This document shows positions 63,066 to 64,000 of a stretch of 64,000 nucleotides of DNA, one piece after another. The notes beneath the pieces are model-generated. The model was given only the letters and a program-made list of their open reading frames with translations. It was not told the origin of the DNA and made no database searches. The first letter of the stretch is position 1. Each line of letters begins with the position of its first letter. This DNA is from Escherichia phage N2. The DNA lies in sequence record ON645936.1; one strand, written 5' to 3'. Made by a program: the position numbers and the translations under genes.

Positions 63066-64000
63066 TTAAATTGTTCAGTAACGTCTTCAACTACTTCATA
63101 TTGGCAGGTACGCATTTTAGCATCGTTGTAATCAATCGGAATTGATACTACATCGCGAGGATGTACTTTAACTTTTACAACTCGGCTGGTTGAACTGCCA
63201 AAGTGACGAATATAAGATTTAGAACACACATGCAGACCACGAGAACAAGTTTGTGTATCATCGTCATTCACACGAGTACGTGGCATTTTAACTACTTTAC
63301 CAGGACTGTTATCAAAGGTATTTGAGTGACAGTCAAAGTAATTGCTGCGAACTACTTTCCAAGCATAGAAGTAGCCGTCTTCTGTAATTTCAATATCGTT
63401 TGCTACCAAGAAATCAAAGAGTCGAGATACCGCCTTTTGGCTCGGGTTTTCTAACAGATTTTCCAAGAACGGAAAATAAAATTCAAAGTTTTCGCCTTTT
63501 TCCATCGAATCGAGAATACGATCAACTAAACCAGACCGCAATTCAATATTTTGATAGAACAAGCTTCCACCTTCAATTCGAACATCACCAGAAATATATT
63601 TTTCAACAGCGCGACGAACGTTAATTTTTTGCGCTGCTTCTTCCAATTTATCTGCAACAAGCAGATTAAGAATTTCTTGGAAGTTTGAATGAGTATTAGG
63701 AGTTGCGTTATAAGTTACGCCATCAACAGTAATTGAAATGAATTTTTTAGATGCATTCCAAATAATGTCAGATTTAGCAACTGGAGCAATAGCTACATCA
63801 CTCTTAACTTCAACTGTAATGTCACCGCTAATGGTAACTTTGGAGCGCTCAACTTCTTCAGCATTTTTCAAAACACGACGGATTGTGTCAACCGATACAC
63901 CTTGCCAATCAGCCAATTCCTGCTGGGTATAATTACCACTTGAATACAGTTTGACAATTTCAGCTTGTTCGTTTTTGGTCAGGCATTTAATATTGTACAT
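63062..64000 (-). CDS. rIIB: rIIB (rapid-lysis/lysis inhibition, membrane-associated)
   Basis: 312 aa; MYNIKCLTKNEQAEIVKLYSSGNYTQQELADW... as in T4 rIIB; start codon is last 3 nt of window. Confidence 0.9.
   Translation of the reverse strand: MYNIKCLTKNEQAEIVKLYSSGNYTQQELADWQGVSVDTIRRVLKNAEEVERSKVTISGDITVEVKSDVAIAPVAKSDIIWNASKKFISITVDGVTYNATPNTHSNFQEILNLLVADKLEEAAQKINVRRAVEKYISGDVRIEGGSLFYQNIELRSGLVDRILDSMEKGENFEFYFPFLENLLENPSQKAVSRLFDFLVANDIEITEDGYFYAWKVVRSNYFDCHSNTFDNSPGKVVKMPRTRVNDDDTQTCSRGLHVCSKSYIRHFGSSTSRVVKVKVHPRDVVSIPIDYNDAKMRTCQYEVVEDVTEQFK

Overview
This window reads as the right-hand ~64 kb of a T4-like (T-even, Tevenvirinae) coliphage genome, running from the end of gene 22 through gene 23 to the start codon of rIIB (the last base of the window). 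Nearly all genes are recognisable from protein sequence, gene order and T4-type signals. In order: head genes 22/23/24, rnlB, hoc, inh, uvsW, uvsY, baseplate hub genes 25-26-51-27-28-29-48-54, alt, DNA ligase 30, a run of small ORFs, rIII, 31, cd, pseT, a spanin pair, alc, rnlA, denA, nrdB, nrdA, td, frd, 32, 59, 33, dsbA, rnh, long tail fibre genes 34-35-36-37, 38, holin t, asiA, arn, motA, 52, ac, stp, ndd, denB and rIIB. Signals include TATAAATA late promoters, GTTTAC-N18-TAnnnT early promoters on the minus strand, GC-hairpin terminators and ATGA/TAATG coupled starts. The backbone is not T4 itself, and the interesting content sits at homing-endonuclease hot spots. (1) td carries a compact 254-nt ORF-less group I intron, while an I-TevI-like GIY-YIG endonuclease gene lies free-standing on the opposite strand between td and nrdA, behind its own late promoter. 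(2) The nrdA-nrdB gap holds a 530-aa multidomain nuclease-like ORF where T4 has mobE. (3) A 120-aa ORF is inserted between frd and td, which overlap in T4. (4) gp37 has a frame break about 75 codons from its C-terminus. (5) A small paralog of the Alt N-terminal domain and a NADAR-like ORF lie near alt. nrdB is uninterrupted, and no homing-endonuclease gene is present at the 23/24, inh/uvsW or 32/59 junctions. All identifications rest on reading the sequence and recollection of T4 proteins; no database search was run. Coordinates I derived myself (true starts, promoters, hairpins) may be off by 1-3 nt.
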